The notes below the pieces were generated by a model. It did no database searches. It worked only from the letters and a program-made list of their open reading frames with translations, and had not been told where the DNA came from. DNA of 58,259 bases from Rhizaria sp. SCN 62-66 (lineage: Eukaryota). Every line of letters begins with the position of its first letter. Position 1 is the first letter of the stretch. The stretch covers positions 1 to 58,259 of the forward strand of contig MEDY01000374.1 of the NCBI GenBank assembly GCA_001724265.1, in the 5' to 3' direction. Both the position numbers and the translations under genes were made by a program. This document shows, piece by piece, positions 1 through 11,620 of the stretch.

Positions 1-5
1 CCTCA

Positions 6-38
6 GTGACTGAGTTATGATCGTGACTGAGTTATGAT
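6..38. repeat. Direct repeat GTGACTGAGTTATGAT x2 (6-21, 23-38)
   Basis: Seen directly. Confidence 0.85.
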
Positions 39-561
39 GACTTATGCGATAGTTCATTTTTGTTCGTGTGAGTTATAGTCCGCTTAAATATATACTACTT
101 TATATGCCTTAATACCCCTTTTTAAGTTGTGCCAAGCTGATAACGTGTTGTAGCGCGAGTGTGACATCAGTAGGCAGCCGCAAGCTTCACATAGTCTGGA
201 CCCAAAAGTTGAGAATAATTGAATATATAACAGTGATAATTCTTGTATCTAAAAAAACTACTTTATGATTAGTGATAAAATATGATTTTGTATTGCAAAA
301 TATAATTTAATTTAATTTAAATAATTGTATGACACCGTTATAATAATTATTAGTCTTGTGGCTGCTTCGCACGTGAGAGACTTGCTGGTTGTCAGAATGG
401 TTTGGCTCGAGCAGACTTTTCAGTAACATTGTCAAAACAAAAGGGAGTAATCCTTTTAGTTTAAGGTATGAACCTGGACATTTGTTCGGTTATATCTGCT
501 CAACTCACGTGAGATGAGCATCCGCCTACTTGTTGCTGGTGTTTCAATCAAAACAACAAAT

Positions 562-607
562 AGTCACTAGTCACGTGTCTTATCGTATCACCAGTCACTA
601 GTCACGT
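562..607. repeat. Direct repeat AGTCACTAGTCACGT x2 (562-576, 593-607)
   Basis: Seen directly. Confidence 0.85.
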
Positions 608-1052
608 TGTATACTTCGGATCATATCATCAAGCCTGCAACGCTTCATTGAGACGTGTTGATGATTCGTGATTCTCGTTTATACAATTCTTTTTGATATG
701 TATTGTTGCAGTGCGAGGTGTTGGTAACACACACTGCGTACTAAAGTCAAACAAAATACAGAAGAAGACATAAAGGCTATTGATATATGGCTGCGCTCCC
801 CATCCGACGCTTTTTGAAGACCCAATCGTGATGTGTCGCTCCTAGCTTACACAGCAGACAAAAGCACAACACACATATGGGCAGCATCAAAGCTTTCACA
901 CAGACAGCAAGCGCAGCCCGTTATTTTTTCATTTCTTTGTTTTCATACAAACTACGACTAACTACTACTACATAACGCCCCAGGTTCAAAAAAGACTCAA
1001 CAACAATAGAAACAAGACCAAGACTAAGTTATTTGATCACGAGAGCAACAAC

Positions 1053-3306
1053 TTAGCACGGCAAGTCCTGCCAGTTACGTGCATAGCTCTGCGTCTGCTG
1101 TCCCTGGCCCTGCTGCGTCTGCTGGTACTGCTGGCCGTAGCCCTGGCCCTGGCCCTGGAGCTGCGTGGGCTGCTCGTAGTGCTCGTCGGCCACGGGCTGC
1201 TGGACGAACTCGCTCTCGGCGTCGTCCTCGACGAAGGGCTGCACCAGCGGCATCTCCCACAGGAATACTGCGCCCTCGTCGCCGACCGTCACGATCGTCT
1301 GCTGGTCCGGGGAGATCTCGGCCTTTGTGATGGCACCGCTGTGGCCCAGACCCGCAAAGTGGCAGCAGCCTTCGTCGTAGCTCCACACGCGCACGATGCG
1401 GTCCGCGCCGCCCGACACGAAGGCGTTGCCGTCGGCGGTGATGGCGATGGTGTTGACCACGTCCGTCTGCGAGCCGTCGACAACGCGGATTGCCGTGCCG
1501 TCGACGGCGTCCCAGTAGCTCAGCTTGCGGTCAGAGCCGGTGGTGAGGAGCTGCGACTGGTCGGGGTGGTACACCACGGCCTTGAACTGCGTCGATGCGA
1601 AGAGGCAGGTGTTGCGCGAGAAACGCTCGAGCGACCAGACGATGCAGGAGCCGTCGGCCGAAGCGGACACGCACTCGGAGTCGTCTGCGTTGAGCTTGAT
1701 CGAGTGCACACACGACTTGTGCTCCTTAAGCGAGGCCGCCATGCGCGTCGCGGTGCCCTGCACGACCCACACGCGGACCTGGCCGCACTGGCCGCCGCTG
1801 ATAATGCGGCGCCCGTCGGCCGTGACGGCCAGCGCGGTGACGCCGTCGCGGTGCGCGTCGTTGATCGTGTAGAGCAGCTGCCCCGACTGCGGCTTGAAGG
1901 CGCGGATCTTGCCGTCGCTCCAGCCGCTGAGGATGCTCTTGCCGTCGCGCGCGAAGGCGATGGCCAGGCAGTCGAGGTTGGGCACGCGGATGCGGAGCAG
2001 CTCGTTGCGCGTCTTGGACGACCACACGCGGATGTCCGTCTTGGCGCAGGTGGCGAAGAGGTCCGAGAAGCCGACGGGGAAGGCGACGCCGTTGATGCCG
2101 CCCGAGTGGCAGGTACTGCGGAGCTCGTGCTGGAGCGTCTGCACGTGGCACAGGTACGTGTTGCACTGCTGCGTGCCGACGAAGAAGTGGTCCTTGGCGG
2201 CGTTCATGACCAGGGACGTGACGGCACCGCCGTCGAGCGTGGTCTTGGCCATGATCTTGAGCGACTGCTGCGAGAGTACGGCCACAGTGCCGTCGCCGGA
2301 GCCGACGACGACGTTGCCGTTCTTGGTCAGCGTCGTCGCTGTGATGCCCAGCGAGAAGGGCTTGCCCAGAGGGCCGGCCTCCTTGAAGAGCTTCGACGTA
2401 AGGGAAACCTTGAGCAGGTCGCCAGACTTGGTGCCGCAGTAGACGTACTCGTCGTTGGCGTCGATGCTCACAGTGTTAAAGCACCGCTTGAGCTGGCCCA
2501 AGCTGCAGTCGGTCGGCCGCAGCTTTCGGTTCGCCAGGTCCAGCGACCACACGCGGAGGTTGTAGTTGCCCGCCGTCACGAGCTGGTCGTCGGTGTTGTT
2601 GAAGAAGCGGACGACCGTGGCCGTCTCGTTGGCGGCGGGCGAGCCGCACACGGCCTGGCCGGACTCGACGTCCCACAGCACCAGCTTGTTGTCGTCGCGG
2701 CCGCCCAGCGTGGCGAGGAAGCGCTCGTTGTGGGAGAAGGCGAGGTCTTGGACCTTGCCCTTGTGCAGGACGAGGCGGTGCATCACCTCGTACGTCTCCA
2801 GGTTCCACAGGATCACCTGCGCGGGGAAACCCATGTGCGTGACCTAAGATGATGGATGAGAGAATCAGGAACAGAAAAGAGAGATATTTGGGGGTATACG
2901 TGAGTAATTCAATATTTTTTTTTGATTTCCAGGCCAGTTATGCAGAACAACACGTGATAATTCAATGGAAATATGTAATTCATTGATCTTTATCGCAAAT
3001 TCAAGTGTTTTGTCGTGTGGGACGTACCTGACCGGTGGCGAGGTACTTGCCGGAGCGCGAGAGGGCGAGGCACGAGATGGTGCTGTTGTGGCCGCCGCGC
3101 TGAAGGAAGGCCTGCGTGTTCTTGAGCAGGTGCTTGACAACGATGGTGGAGCCGAGGGGGTAGATGATGTGCTGGTCGCCGGGGTGCAGCAGCAGCCCGT
3201 TGGGGACGTTGCCGTTGAAGCCGATCACGCCCTTGAGCACGAGCTCAGCGGTGCCGGCCTCCACTGCACCCGCGGCGCCGTACTGCGTGCTGTCAGCGTT
3301 CTCCAT
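1053..3306 (-). CDS. CFAP52: Cilia- and flagella-associated protein 52 (WDR16/FAP52), WD40-repeat axonemal microtubule inner protein; exons 3306-3028 and 2843-1053, about 689 aa
   Basis: Splicing GTACGT(3027)...TTAG(2844) joins LATGQ|VTHMGFPAQVILWN in frame, matching the CFAP52 pattern ASGQVTxMGFxAxxIxW. Other characteristic segments are VIGFNG, YPLGSTIVV, LRIRVPNLDC, SGWSDGKIRAF and TTGSDRKLSYWD. Stop is TAA. Confidence 0.93.
2844..3027 (-). other. Spliceosomal intron in CFAP52 (184 nt, phase 0)
   Basis: GTACGT donor, AT-rich body, CTGAT plus pyrimidine tract, TTAG acceptor; removal restores a continuous conserved frame. Confidence 0.9.
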
Positions 3307-4193
3307 CTGCGATAGCCAGTGCACAGTGGCAGACGAGAGAGTAGATGCGTCGGAGAGAGAGAGCGCGCGGATGGGAAGGAGGTGAACGAAAAAGAATCGG
3401 GGTGACGAGGAAGCCAAGGAAAAGAGCAAGATGTGCGGGAGAAACAAGGGTTAGAGGAATGTAAGCGTAATTAATGGATGTAAAGAGACATGAATGCACT
3501 ATTACACATGACGAGATATCATTGAAAAGTAAAACAAGTGCATGGCAGCAAGGTTTGCAGGTGGGCGAGCACTGTGGGTTTGGGTTGTAATCGACGCAAA
3601 CTAAAGGAGCATCCGCACGGCTATTCTCCGTAGAGATGCAGCACTAAAATAAAAACCCGGTTCTTTCATTACAGCAAACATCCTGAATTTACTCCCCAAG
3701 CGATAGCACAGCATACAGCACTCACACGACACGATTCCGATTCAAGAAAGAACGGTTACTTCGACCCAGCGAAGAGAGCGACGGTTGGAGCCGTGCAGCG
3801 ACCCGCCTCGGTTCGTGAAAAAGGTCGAAGGAGTTAAGCGAGGTGGGGGCAATCGGGGAGGATGCTTGGCGTGCGCTTTCGTTCTCGACGGCCCGCAGAC
3901 TCATTCGACCATTCTTGCCTTCCGAATTTCTGTTGCAACGCAATATACGTGATCTTGTTTGTTGACCATTTTCTTTTTTTGCATAAAACGCATGTTGACC
4001 CGGTCTGGCAGAGGCAGAAAGCTGACCCACTTTGAGTGGGTGACTCGATGCTCCTCCACTTCCCTTTCGGGTTGTCTGCGGCAACTTTCCTTGCATTCTT
4101 TTGAAATGAATCCTCTGTAATCCTATTGCTAACCACATTTCATCTCCGTTCTCCTGCAATATATCCTATTCCACGCTACGGCACAGTCTCTAG

Positions 4194-4865
4194 ATGGGTC
4201 GCAAGAACTGGGGCGAGCGCATCGGGCGCAAGATGCTAATTGTGTCCGACGTCATCTTCATCCTCTGCGGCGTCGCCATCCTCATTACCGCGATCATCAG
4301 CCACGCCGAAGTGAAGGACATGCAGGATCGCACCGACCTGCTGAGCGTCATGAACATCGACACGTACCTCGTCGTCGCCATCTTCGTCGGCGCGGCGGCC
4401 ATCATCGGCGCCCTCCTCGGCCTCATTTCCGTCCTCAAGCGCTACAAGCGCCTCCTCGTCTTCTCCGTCATCGTGATGTTCATCGTCTTCGTCGTCCAGA
4501 TTGTCATGGGCTCGCTCCTGCTCTCGGCCAAGACCTCCGAGGTCTACGACGCCTTCCGCGAGGACTCTGCCGCCGGCTACGCGCGTCGTGAGGCCTTCCA
4601 GCAGGACATGCAGTGCTGCGGCTGGAACTACATCACCGAGGAGTTCTTCCCCGAGCGCGTCGCCTGCATCGCGCGCCACCCCACCTTCACCGAGACGTGC
4701 GCCTCCGCGCTCGAGACCTTCCTCGACAAGTGGGCTCAGCCCGCGGGCATCGTCCTCATCGTCTTCTCGATTCTCGCCTTCATCGCGCTCGTGGCGTCGA
4801 TGCTCGTCGTCTTCTCGTCACGCACCGTCAAGGAGGACTTCTTCGAGAACCCCTTCTCGTTCTAA
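4194..4865 (+). CDS. Tetraspanin family membrane protein, 223 aa
   Basis: Three N-terminal hydrophobic helices, a large loop with the CCG motif (MQCCGWNY) plus two further Cys, a fourth TM helix and a short tail. Strong C/G third-position bias. Stop is TAA. Confidence 0.88.
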   Translation: MGRKNWGERIGRKMLIVSDVIFILCGVAILITAIISHAEVKDMQDRTDLLSVMNIDTYLVVAIFVGAAAIIGALLGLISVLKRYKRLLVFSVIVMFIVFVVQIVMGSLLLSAKTSEVYDAFREDSAAGYARREAFQQDMQCCGWNYITEEFFPERVACIARHPTFTETCASALETFLDKWAQPAGIVLIVFSILAFIALVASMLVVFSSRTVKEDFFENPFSF

Positions 4866-6176
4866 GTGCGCGGCGTTGCAGTCGTGGACTTGCATCCACA
4901 ACATTTCTGTCAACAACGTTGCCAACACGCATGTTGTTGTTCTAAGTGCCTCACTTATCACTTTGCTCCAAGTCAGCGCCCAGCGAAGTATTTCGCATTC
5001 GTGTTACGACAACATCGTTACAGTATGGCTTCACACAGTCCTTATGATATAGCCACAGTGACAGTCACATTTGCAGTCGCAATCGCCTGCTGCCACAAGT
5101 TGGTGCAGAAACTAACCTAACTGCAACTGCTACTTGATAGTGAGCACTTTTGTGTGGCGTGAGCTACGCAGCAAACCATACTCCCATACTCTTTGTAGCT
5201 TAAAAACTCGGAGCGAACCAAGTCTGTACAGATCGTTTATATTTTCCCCTTTTTGTTTTCTATTTTCCTCAAAAACATGGTTGCATTACCGTTAACAGTT
5301 TTGGTTGCGAGTCATGTTTTTGTTTTTCTTGGTGACCCAGTTTTATGCTTCTGTTTTTATTTTCTTCTTTTCGTTTCTCTTTTCGCCGTGTGGTGGTTTC
5401 AGCGACATACTTTTGCTTTAAGTAGCGTAAATGTGTGGTGTTGATGGAACGCCGTCTCAGTCTTGCGATCGCTAAACGTTTGGTCAATCTTTTGCAATAT
5501 CACGACATTTCACACAGACACGTTGCAAAGTGTTTCTATAGAGGCAGAAATGCGGCGAGCGCGGTAACGAAGTGCACACCATCGGTGCGGGGGCTTCACC
5601 GGTCCTCCTCACAGCTTGCTCGAATTTGTCAGCAGATATACGTTCCGCCACTCGGAGATGACGTGGACCACATTGTTAACTGTAGTGTTCGTTGTAGTGT
5701 TACCAATGAAATTTTCTTCACCTACAGCCTACTCTATAGTCTTTCTTTTTGCTTCTCTCTAACTCTCCCTTTTCACACTCGCTCCCACTGCTGATGATAC
5801 TGTGTGCGCTGCTGCTGTTACTTCCTGTCGCTGTTGAGCAACAAAACAGCTGCAATGCAGCACAAACACGTGTCGTCCTTTGCGATTGATGTCTTCATCA
5901 TACTTCTCTTCGTCTACGTTTTGTTTGCTTGCTTGTTTGTTTGTGCTTTTCTAATCGTTCATTACCTTAACTGAGAGCAAAGTAACACGAAACCATAGTC
6001 ATCTGTTTTAGTCGTAAGTTAGCAGCATATGTATGTATATCCTATCAGTTTTTTTTTTCTCAATAGTTCTTTTATCATAACACAATACCCGAATCAATAA
6101 AACAAACATAACCTTTAAAACAAACCAATAACATCTGACACCGCTGACATCACAAGTCGTGCTAAGATTGACTGCC

Positions 6177-9100
6177 TTAGACTGACGAGGACAGGAATGC
6201 CTGGCAGCTACCCAGCCGGCCCGCGATGCTCCTGGTAAGCGCAGCCACCCTCGCCGCGGTGGCCGCGTCCCCGGCCTCAAGCCCGACCTCGACTCTGTGC
6301 GCCAGGGCTTGGAAGCGGGCAATGCTAGCGCTCGTCGGGCTCAGCTGACCGTGGGCAACGGCAGCAGAGTGACCGTGCGCAGCGGCAGCGGTGGAGTGGC
6401 CATGGGAGTCGGAGGGGCGGCGCGAGGGCACAGCGGACACGTCTGAGGGAAACGGCGGTGTGTCGGTGCCGCCAACTACGCTTGCGTTGACAGCGCACAT
6501 CGGGGCAGAGACGGGAGTCGCGTTTGCAGCCGCGTAAACGCTGTTGCTGACAGGGTTGCTATTGCTGTTGTTGACCGCGTGGGCGCCGTTGTTGTCGTTC
6601 TTGTAGGCGTTGGCCGCAGCAAGGGAGTAAGGGTTGGGCGATCGCATGTACGCGCCCTGAGCCTGGGTACTGAGATTGTGGGCACTTAAACGGGCCGGGG
6701 ACGCTGGGGGCGAGTCGTCTTCAACCGTGGCCGCTGGCGCATTGCTGTTGCTGTTTTGAGTTTGTTGCTGCAGCGTCTGTGATGCGTTAAGCATCGATAG
6801 CGCAGCTTGCTCGGCTAATGCAACAGCCAAATCGCCATCGTAGTCATCGTCGTTGCCTACGTTGAAGTCATACTCATCAGCAAATTTCGACGACTGTGTC
6901 TGCGACTGCGAATGCGACTGTAGCGGCGACTGCGGCTGCGTTGACGGCTGCGTCGACGACTGCGTCACAGTCACGGGCACGGAGTTGGCGGCAGCGAAGC
7001 GCACGCTGCCGGGGGACGCCACGGCGGGGCCATGCACTGCAGCAGCACCCGTGAAACTTGTGACGCCCGTGACGGCACCGGTGCCAATAGCAGAGGCGCT
7101 GGCATCGGTTGTGACGGCATCGGTCGCAGTTGCAACCGAGCGGTTGAGGCTGTTCACCAAGTGACCGTGCGCATTCAGGGAGTGACCGTGCGCAGCAACG
7201 GAGTGACTGTGGGCAGCGATGGCGCTCTCGACCTTGTCGAAGCGCGCGTCAATGCCTTCGATGCGGCTCATAAGCAGCTGCTGCGTGTTCGCCAGCACGT
7301 TGATCGCGGCGGCAACGGCGTCCAGACTCGCGTTGGTGCTGCTGCTACCAGTGTCGCTCTCAGGTGTCGCAGCAGTCGTAACAGGGGCGGCCGCAGCGTT
7401 GCTGCTGTTGCTGTTGTTGCTGTAGTTTACTGCGACTGTGGGAACAGGAGTCGGTAACAGCGAAGTGAAAGCGCTCTGGGGAGTCACAAACAGCTGAGCC
7501 TGCGCCTGAGCCTGCGCCTGCGCCTGAGCCTGTGCAAACGCGAGCTGCTGCTGCTGCTGGTAGTACAGCTGCTGATGCTGGTGCTGCTGCTGCTCAAGCG
7601 TCGCCACCCCCTGCTCCACCGTTAGTGCCCCCTCGCCGGATCTAAGTACCCCGCCGCGCCCCCAGGGCAGCCCGGTCACGGGCGTGGGTCCGAACGGCCC
7701 CCCCGCGGGCACCGCCACGGCCGCGGTCCCCAGCGCCGCAAGGAGCGGGTGAGAGACGGGCAACGGCAAAACCACCGACTGCTGCTGCTGCTGCTGCTGC
7801 TGCGGCGGGACGGGGCCGCAGTGCGAGGGACCCCTGCGCACCGCCACGCCGCTCGCAGGGTTGCCCACGGCGGCGCCGTGAGACGCAGTGACGCCGGGGG
7901 CGCCGCGGGAGCGACCATGAACAGCGCCGGCGTGAGCTTGGTTGCCACCGTGGCCGTGGTTGTTGCTGTTGAAGAGCGAGTGGGCAGTGGACCGGGCGCG
8001 CGAGCGCGCGCGCGGCCCCCCCGCGGCGGCGGAAGCGGCGGCGGCGGCGGCACGGGCCTGCTCCAGGCGCGAGACCGCGGGGTTTGCGGTGGCGGCCGCG
8101 GGCACGCCCACGCCGGGCAGGTAGGCCCCGCCGAAGCCGGCGACAGGGATGGAGCCAGGGGCCGCGAGGTACTGCTGGTACTGCTGCTGCAACATGAGCT
8201 GCTGCTGTTGCTGAAGAAGCTGCTGCTGCTGCTGCTGCTGGTACTGGAGCTGGAGCTGAGTCTGACCAGGGTAGGCGCTTGGCATGGGGACAATGCCAAA
8301 GCCGTCCGCAGTCGCACCAACATGAGCACCAGCATTGTCCATGGCGTCGCCAGGATAAGCAACGGGCGCACTTAGAAGAGGAGCAGGAACAGGTGCAACA
8401 GAGACGGCGGCAGCAGCAGCAGAGCTGGCAAGCATAGAGGCGGGCGTATGCACTGGCACGGAACCGCCAGCTAGAGGAGCCTTGGCCCACAGCTGCGCCT
8501 GCGCCTGCGCCCGCGACCGTGGCCGTGACAGTGACCGCGACTGTGCGCCACTCTTGTTGTCGGGGTTGCCGCGACTGCCCGCGGTGGCGCTGGGCGGGCG
8601 CGGCTTCGCCTTCGCGGGCGACATGGCCACGGCGGCCTTCAGGGACCGCGGCGTGTGCGCCGTGCTGAAGTCCACCACAGCGCTCGCGGCGTTGGCGGCG
8701 AAGGCCACCGACCGCGGGCTCGCCTTGGTGACGCGCACCGGCGACGCCGCCGCTGACGCCGACCCCGCCGCGCCGCCGCCGCCGCTCTCTGCGGCGCTGT
8801 GGGACCAGACGCCGGCGCTGGTGCCGACGGTCGCGGCGGCGGCGGCGGTGCGGGAGCGGGAGCGGGAGCGGTTGCCGCCGCTGGCACTGCTGCTGCCGGC
8901 CGTGTGTGCGCCGTCGAGCTGGCTGATCTTGGCAAGAGTGGCAGTAAAGATGTCACAAACAAGCTCCATCTTTGGCGCGGCGTAGCCGATCTGGAGGAAC
9001 TGGGCGACCGTGAGCCGTGGCGTGAGCTGCAGCAGTGAGCGCGCGAGGCGGAAGACTGACTCGGTGAAGCGGAGGTCGTTCTTGGAGTAGAGCTCGTAGC

Positions 9101-9419
9101 CCTCGGCAACAATGAACTTGGCAAATGAGTGGCTATAGGTCAGGAAAAGGTAGTGGAGGATCGGGAGAAGCGACTCGGGCTCGCCAGCAAGAAGTCTATA
9201 TAATGATAAAAGCAAAGGGGGAAAGTATGACAGTCAGTGTGTCAGGAGATGTCAGTTGTTACCGTTGAGTTGCAGAGCAAGGGAATAATGGGTAATTAAA
9301 GTGAGAGCTCGGGAAAAATGAGATCAGACGTACTTCTCGGTGACAACGGGGTGGCTGTACTTAATGCGTGTGAGGTGGCGGCGCAGCACCCCCAGGTTGT
9401 TGAGGAGACTGCTCGACAT
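6177..9419 (-). CDS. CEP44: Centrosomal protein CEP44 homolog with a long low-complexity middle region; exons 9419-9334 and 9195-6177, about 1034 aa
   Basis: Spliced N-terminus LRRHLTRIKYSHPVVTEK|LLAGEPESLLPILHYLFLTYS...ELYSKNDLRFTESVFRL...QFLQIGYAAPKMELVCDIF matches the CEP44 N-terminal domain (GDPxxxLPIxxY, KNDLRF, KIQIVCDI). A central coiled coil is present. Stop is TAA. Confidence 0.88.
9196..9333 (-). other. Spliceosomal intron in CEP44 (138 nt, phase 2)
   Basis: GTACGT donor, CTGAC branch-like motifs, pyrimidine tract, ATAG acceptor; AA|A gives an in-frame Lys. Confidence 0.85.
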
Positions 9420-9561
9420 GCGGACTGTCAACTGGCGCTTGTGAAGCGCTGGCTAAACGGCAGAAGAGTTGAGTGAAACCAAAATGCACAAACGTTAACA
9501 ACTAAATTACAGTATTAATAATTTCATTATACTTGTAAAACTCAATTTGACGATCATTATA

Positions 9562-9640
9562 TGGCGAAATTTCAAAATTGTAGAAGCTGTTCATTCCATT
9601 CTCAAGCTCCAACGGCTCTCTGTATTTGTCGCTGCCGTTA
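9562..9640. promoter_or_regulatory. Candidate cell-cycle promoter module upstream of CEP44 (E2F-like + CHR + MSA-like sites)
   Basis: TGGCGAAA (9562-9569) lies next to TTCAAA (9571-9576), followed by TCCAACGGCTC (9608-9618) and GCCGTTA (9634-9640). Function is inferred from motif similarity only. Confidence 0.35.
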
Positions 9641-10705
9641 GCGGCAGTCGGCACATTTGCATGTTACACGAGTTTTCACAATCAAGATAAACACCAAGTC
9701 ACAAAAAACTCACAATTAAGAAGTAGTATTTCTTATATTTTTCAAATTTTATTGTTATTGTTCGGTGAACAACTATTCTAAGTACTATTTTTCTTTACTG
9801 GTGAATCAAAGGCTCTCTCGATCGACTCCAGCGGTGACTCTTGTGACAGCAATACAACAGTTGCTGACCAATCTTGACTGGCGACAAATAGTGACTGTGA
9901 TAATGAATATAAGGACTAAAGGACTATACGACTGAACCGAGAAGACAGACTTTGAACACAAATTAACACACACACTAGAGACAGGAATGAGAGATATATA
10001 TAAAGTGATATTTTACGAGCTTTGAGAAAAATAAGGTAGCGAGCGACAGCTGTACAGAAGCATGAGTACTCTTCAACTAAAGAGTCTTAGTTGCTGCTGT
10101 TGTGTTTTGCTGTTACCGTACATAGCCTTCCTCCCACTGGTTCTGTTGTTACTGCCGCTAGGGTTGCTGTCGTGTGGTTGCTGTTGCTGATAAAACAGTT
10201 GCAGAGCACTAGTGTGACACCACATAAACTGGAACGTTGAAACATGGAGACAATGTAGAAGAAAGCTGAGGTCAAGACAAACGGAAAGGGAACACTTTTT
10301 AAAACAAAATATGAGACAAAAAACAAAACAAATCAAAACATACAAAGCAGCACGTCACATCACGACACGACATCAATCAACAAAGCGACTTGCAACGTCA
10401 GTAGTCACTTTGTTTCGCTAATCAGCAATAGAAACACTTCTCAAAGTACAACATCAGTCACCCTTTACTTGAATATAAAAGCAAACGCTTACACAAGCAA
10501 CTGTTCAAGATCATTGTTACTCTGACACACAAACAAACCAAAGACCAAATTCGGTGTTTGTTTCGCAGCAAAACACCACTACACGTTATGCACTGCGCAT
10601 ACACGCTACACGCTACACGCGGAGAATTACAAATGTTACTGCTTCTGCTACTGCCGGTTTTACGGTTCATACTTATTACACATCGCCTTTGTGTTTTACG
10701 CGCGC

Positions 10706-11620
10706 TTAGGCGGCGTTGCGCGTCTTGAGCGTGTGGTTGATGACCTGAATGGCGTTAACGACGCCCTGCTCGAGCATCGCCTGCGCCTTCTCCTGCGCCT
10801 TCTCGTTGCCCTCGGCGGCCTTGGCCCAGGCGTACGAGTCCCACAGCATCTGGCACTGCGGCTGCCCGTCGACGCCCGCGGGGAGCTCCTTGAGCGAGAA
10901 GGAGATGAAGTGGCGGTGGAACAACACAGGTCCGTCCACAGTCACGTAGTCGACGGCGTGCTCGGCGTCGTTCAAGCCAAGGAGGATCTCGTGGAAAGTG
11001 CCGGAGGGAAGCGTCACGGTGCGGTTCAGCAGCGACGGGTGGTCGGGCTCGTGGCCAGTAGTGACGGAGACCTTGGAGGAGTAGGCGACGAGGTACTCGA
11101 CGTTCCAGTCCGATACGAGCGACCAAACGTCCTGTGAGCAAGAGACGTTTTGCATTTGTGGCAGATATAACAAAAGTTAAACGGAGTAAAAAAGGTTTTG
11201 GGGGTAGAAGAGAGTGAGGTACATACATGGCTAAAGAATTTGTTCGAGAGAAGTTGGGAATGCAAAGATACAGCGTCAAAAGCTAAGGTGGGTGAGATCG
11301 TTGACGTTTGCTGTACTTACCTTGAGGGGGAACGGGAGCACAAAGGTGTTCGAGTACGTGAGCTTGGCGGCCTTGTCAAGGCCCTTAATCGTCTTCTCGG
11401 TCCAGCTCGTCGCGTCCTTGCTCTTGCCGCCGGCGGCGGCAGCGCCCGAGGCGGAGGCTGAGGTGCCAGCGCTCTCGCCAGAGCCAGCCGTAACGACCTT
11501 CAACTCATGCTCGTGCTGCTGCTGTTGCTGCTTCTGCTGGTTGTTGTTGTTGCCCTTGGTCTGGGGCTGAGCAGTGTCGGAATCAACGCCGACGGTCGCC
11601 TTGGAACTATTGCAGCCCAT
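10706..11620 (-). CDS. N-terminally acylated SRPBCC/START-fold (polyketide cyclase 2 / PYL-like) protein; exons 11620-11321 and 11131-10706, about 241 aa
   Basis: MGCNSSK start fits myristoylation at Gly2 and palmitoylation at Cys3. Spliced PFPLK|DVWSLVSDW followed by RTVTLPSGTFHEILLGLNDAEHAVDYVTVDGP and a long C-terminal helix follows the helix-grip SRPBCC pattern. Stop is TAA. Confidence 0.7.
11132..11320 (-). other. Spliceosomal intron in the SRPBCC gene (189 nt, phase 0)
   Basis: AAG|GTAAGT donor, ACAG acceptor, in-frame join of two GC3-rich ORFs. Confidence 0.85.

Noticed and set aside
1179-2852. 557-aa plus-strand ORF opposite CFAP52, and similar long antisense or alternate-frame ORFs (24103-25923, 32732-34471, 33858-35204 and others)
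   Set aside because: Shadow ORFs expected from high GC and strong codon bias; no recognisable motifs; each overlaps a well-supported gene.
3538-3552. RFX X-box upstream of CFAP52 (CATGGCAGC)
   Set aside because: Only an imperfect half-site; too weak to call.
3722-4159. 145-aa minus-strand ORF and other short ORFs in AT-rich spacers (5253-5794, 10073-10670, 38889-39296, 56158-56364)
   Set aside because: They lack the GC3 bias of the real genes and any motif, and lie in UTR or promoter-like sequence.
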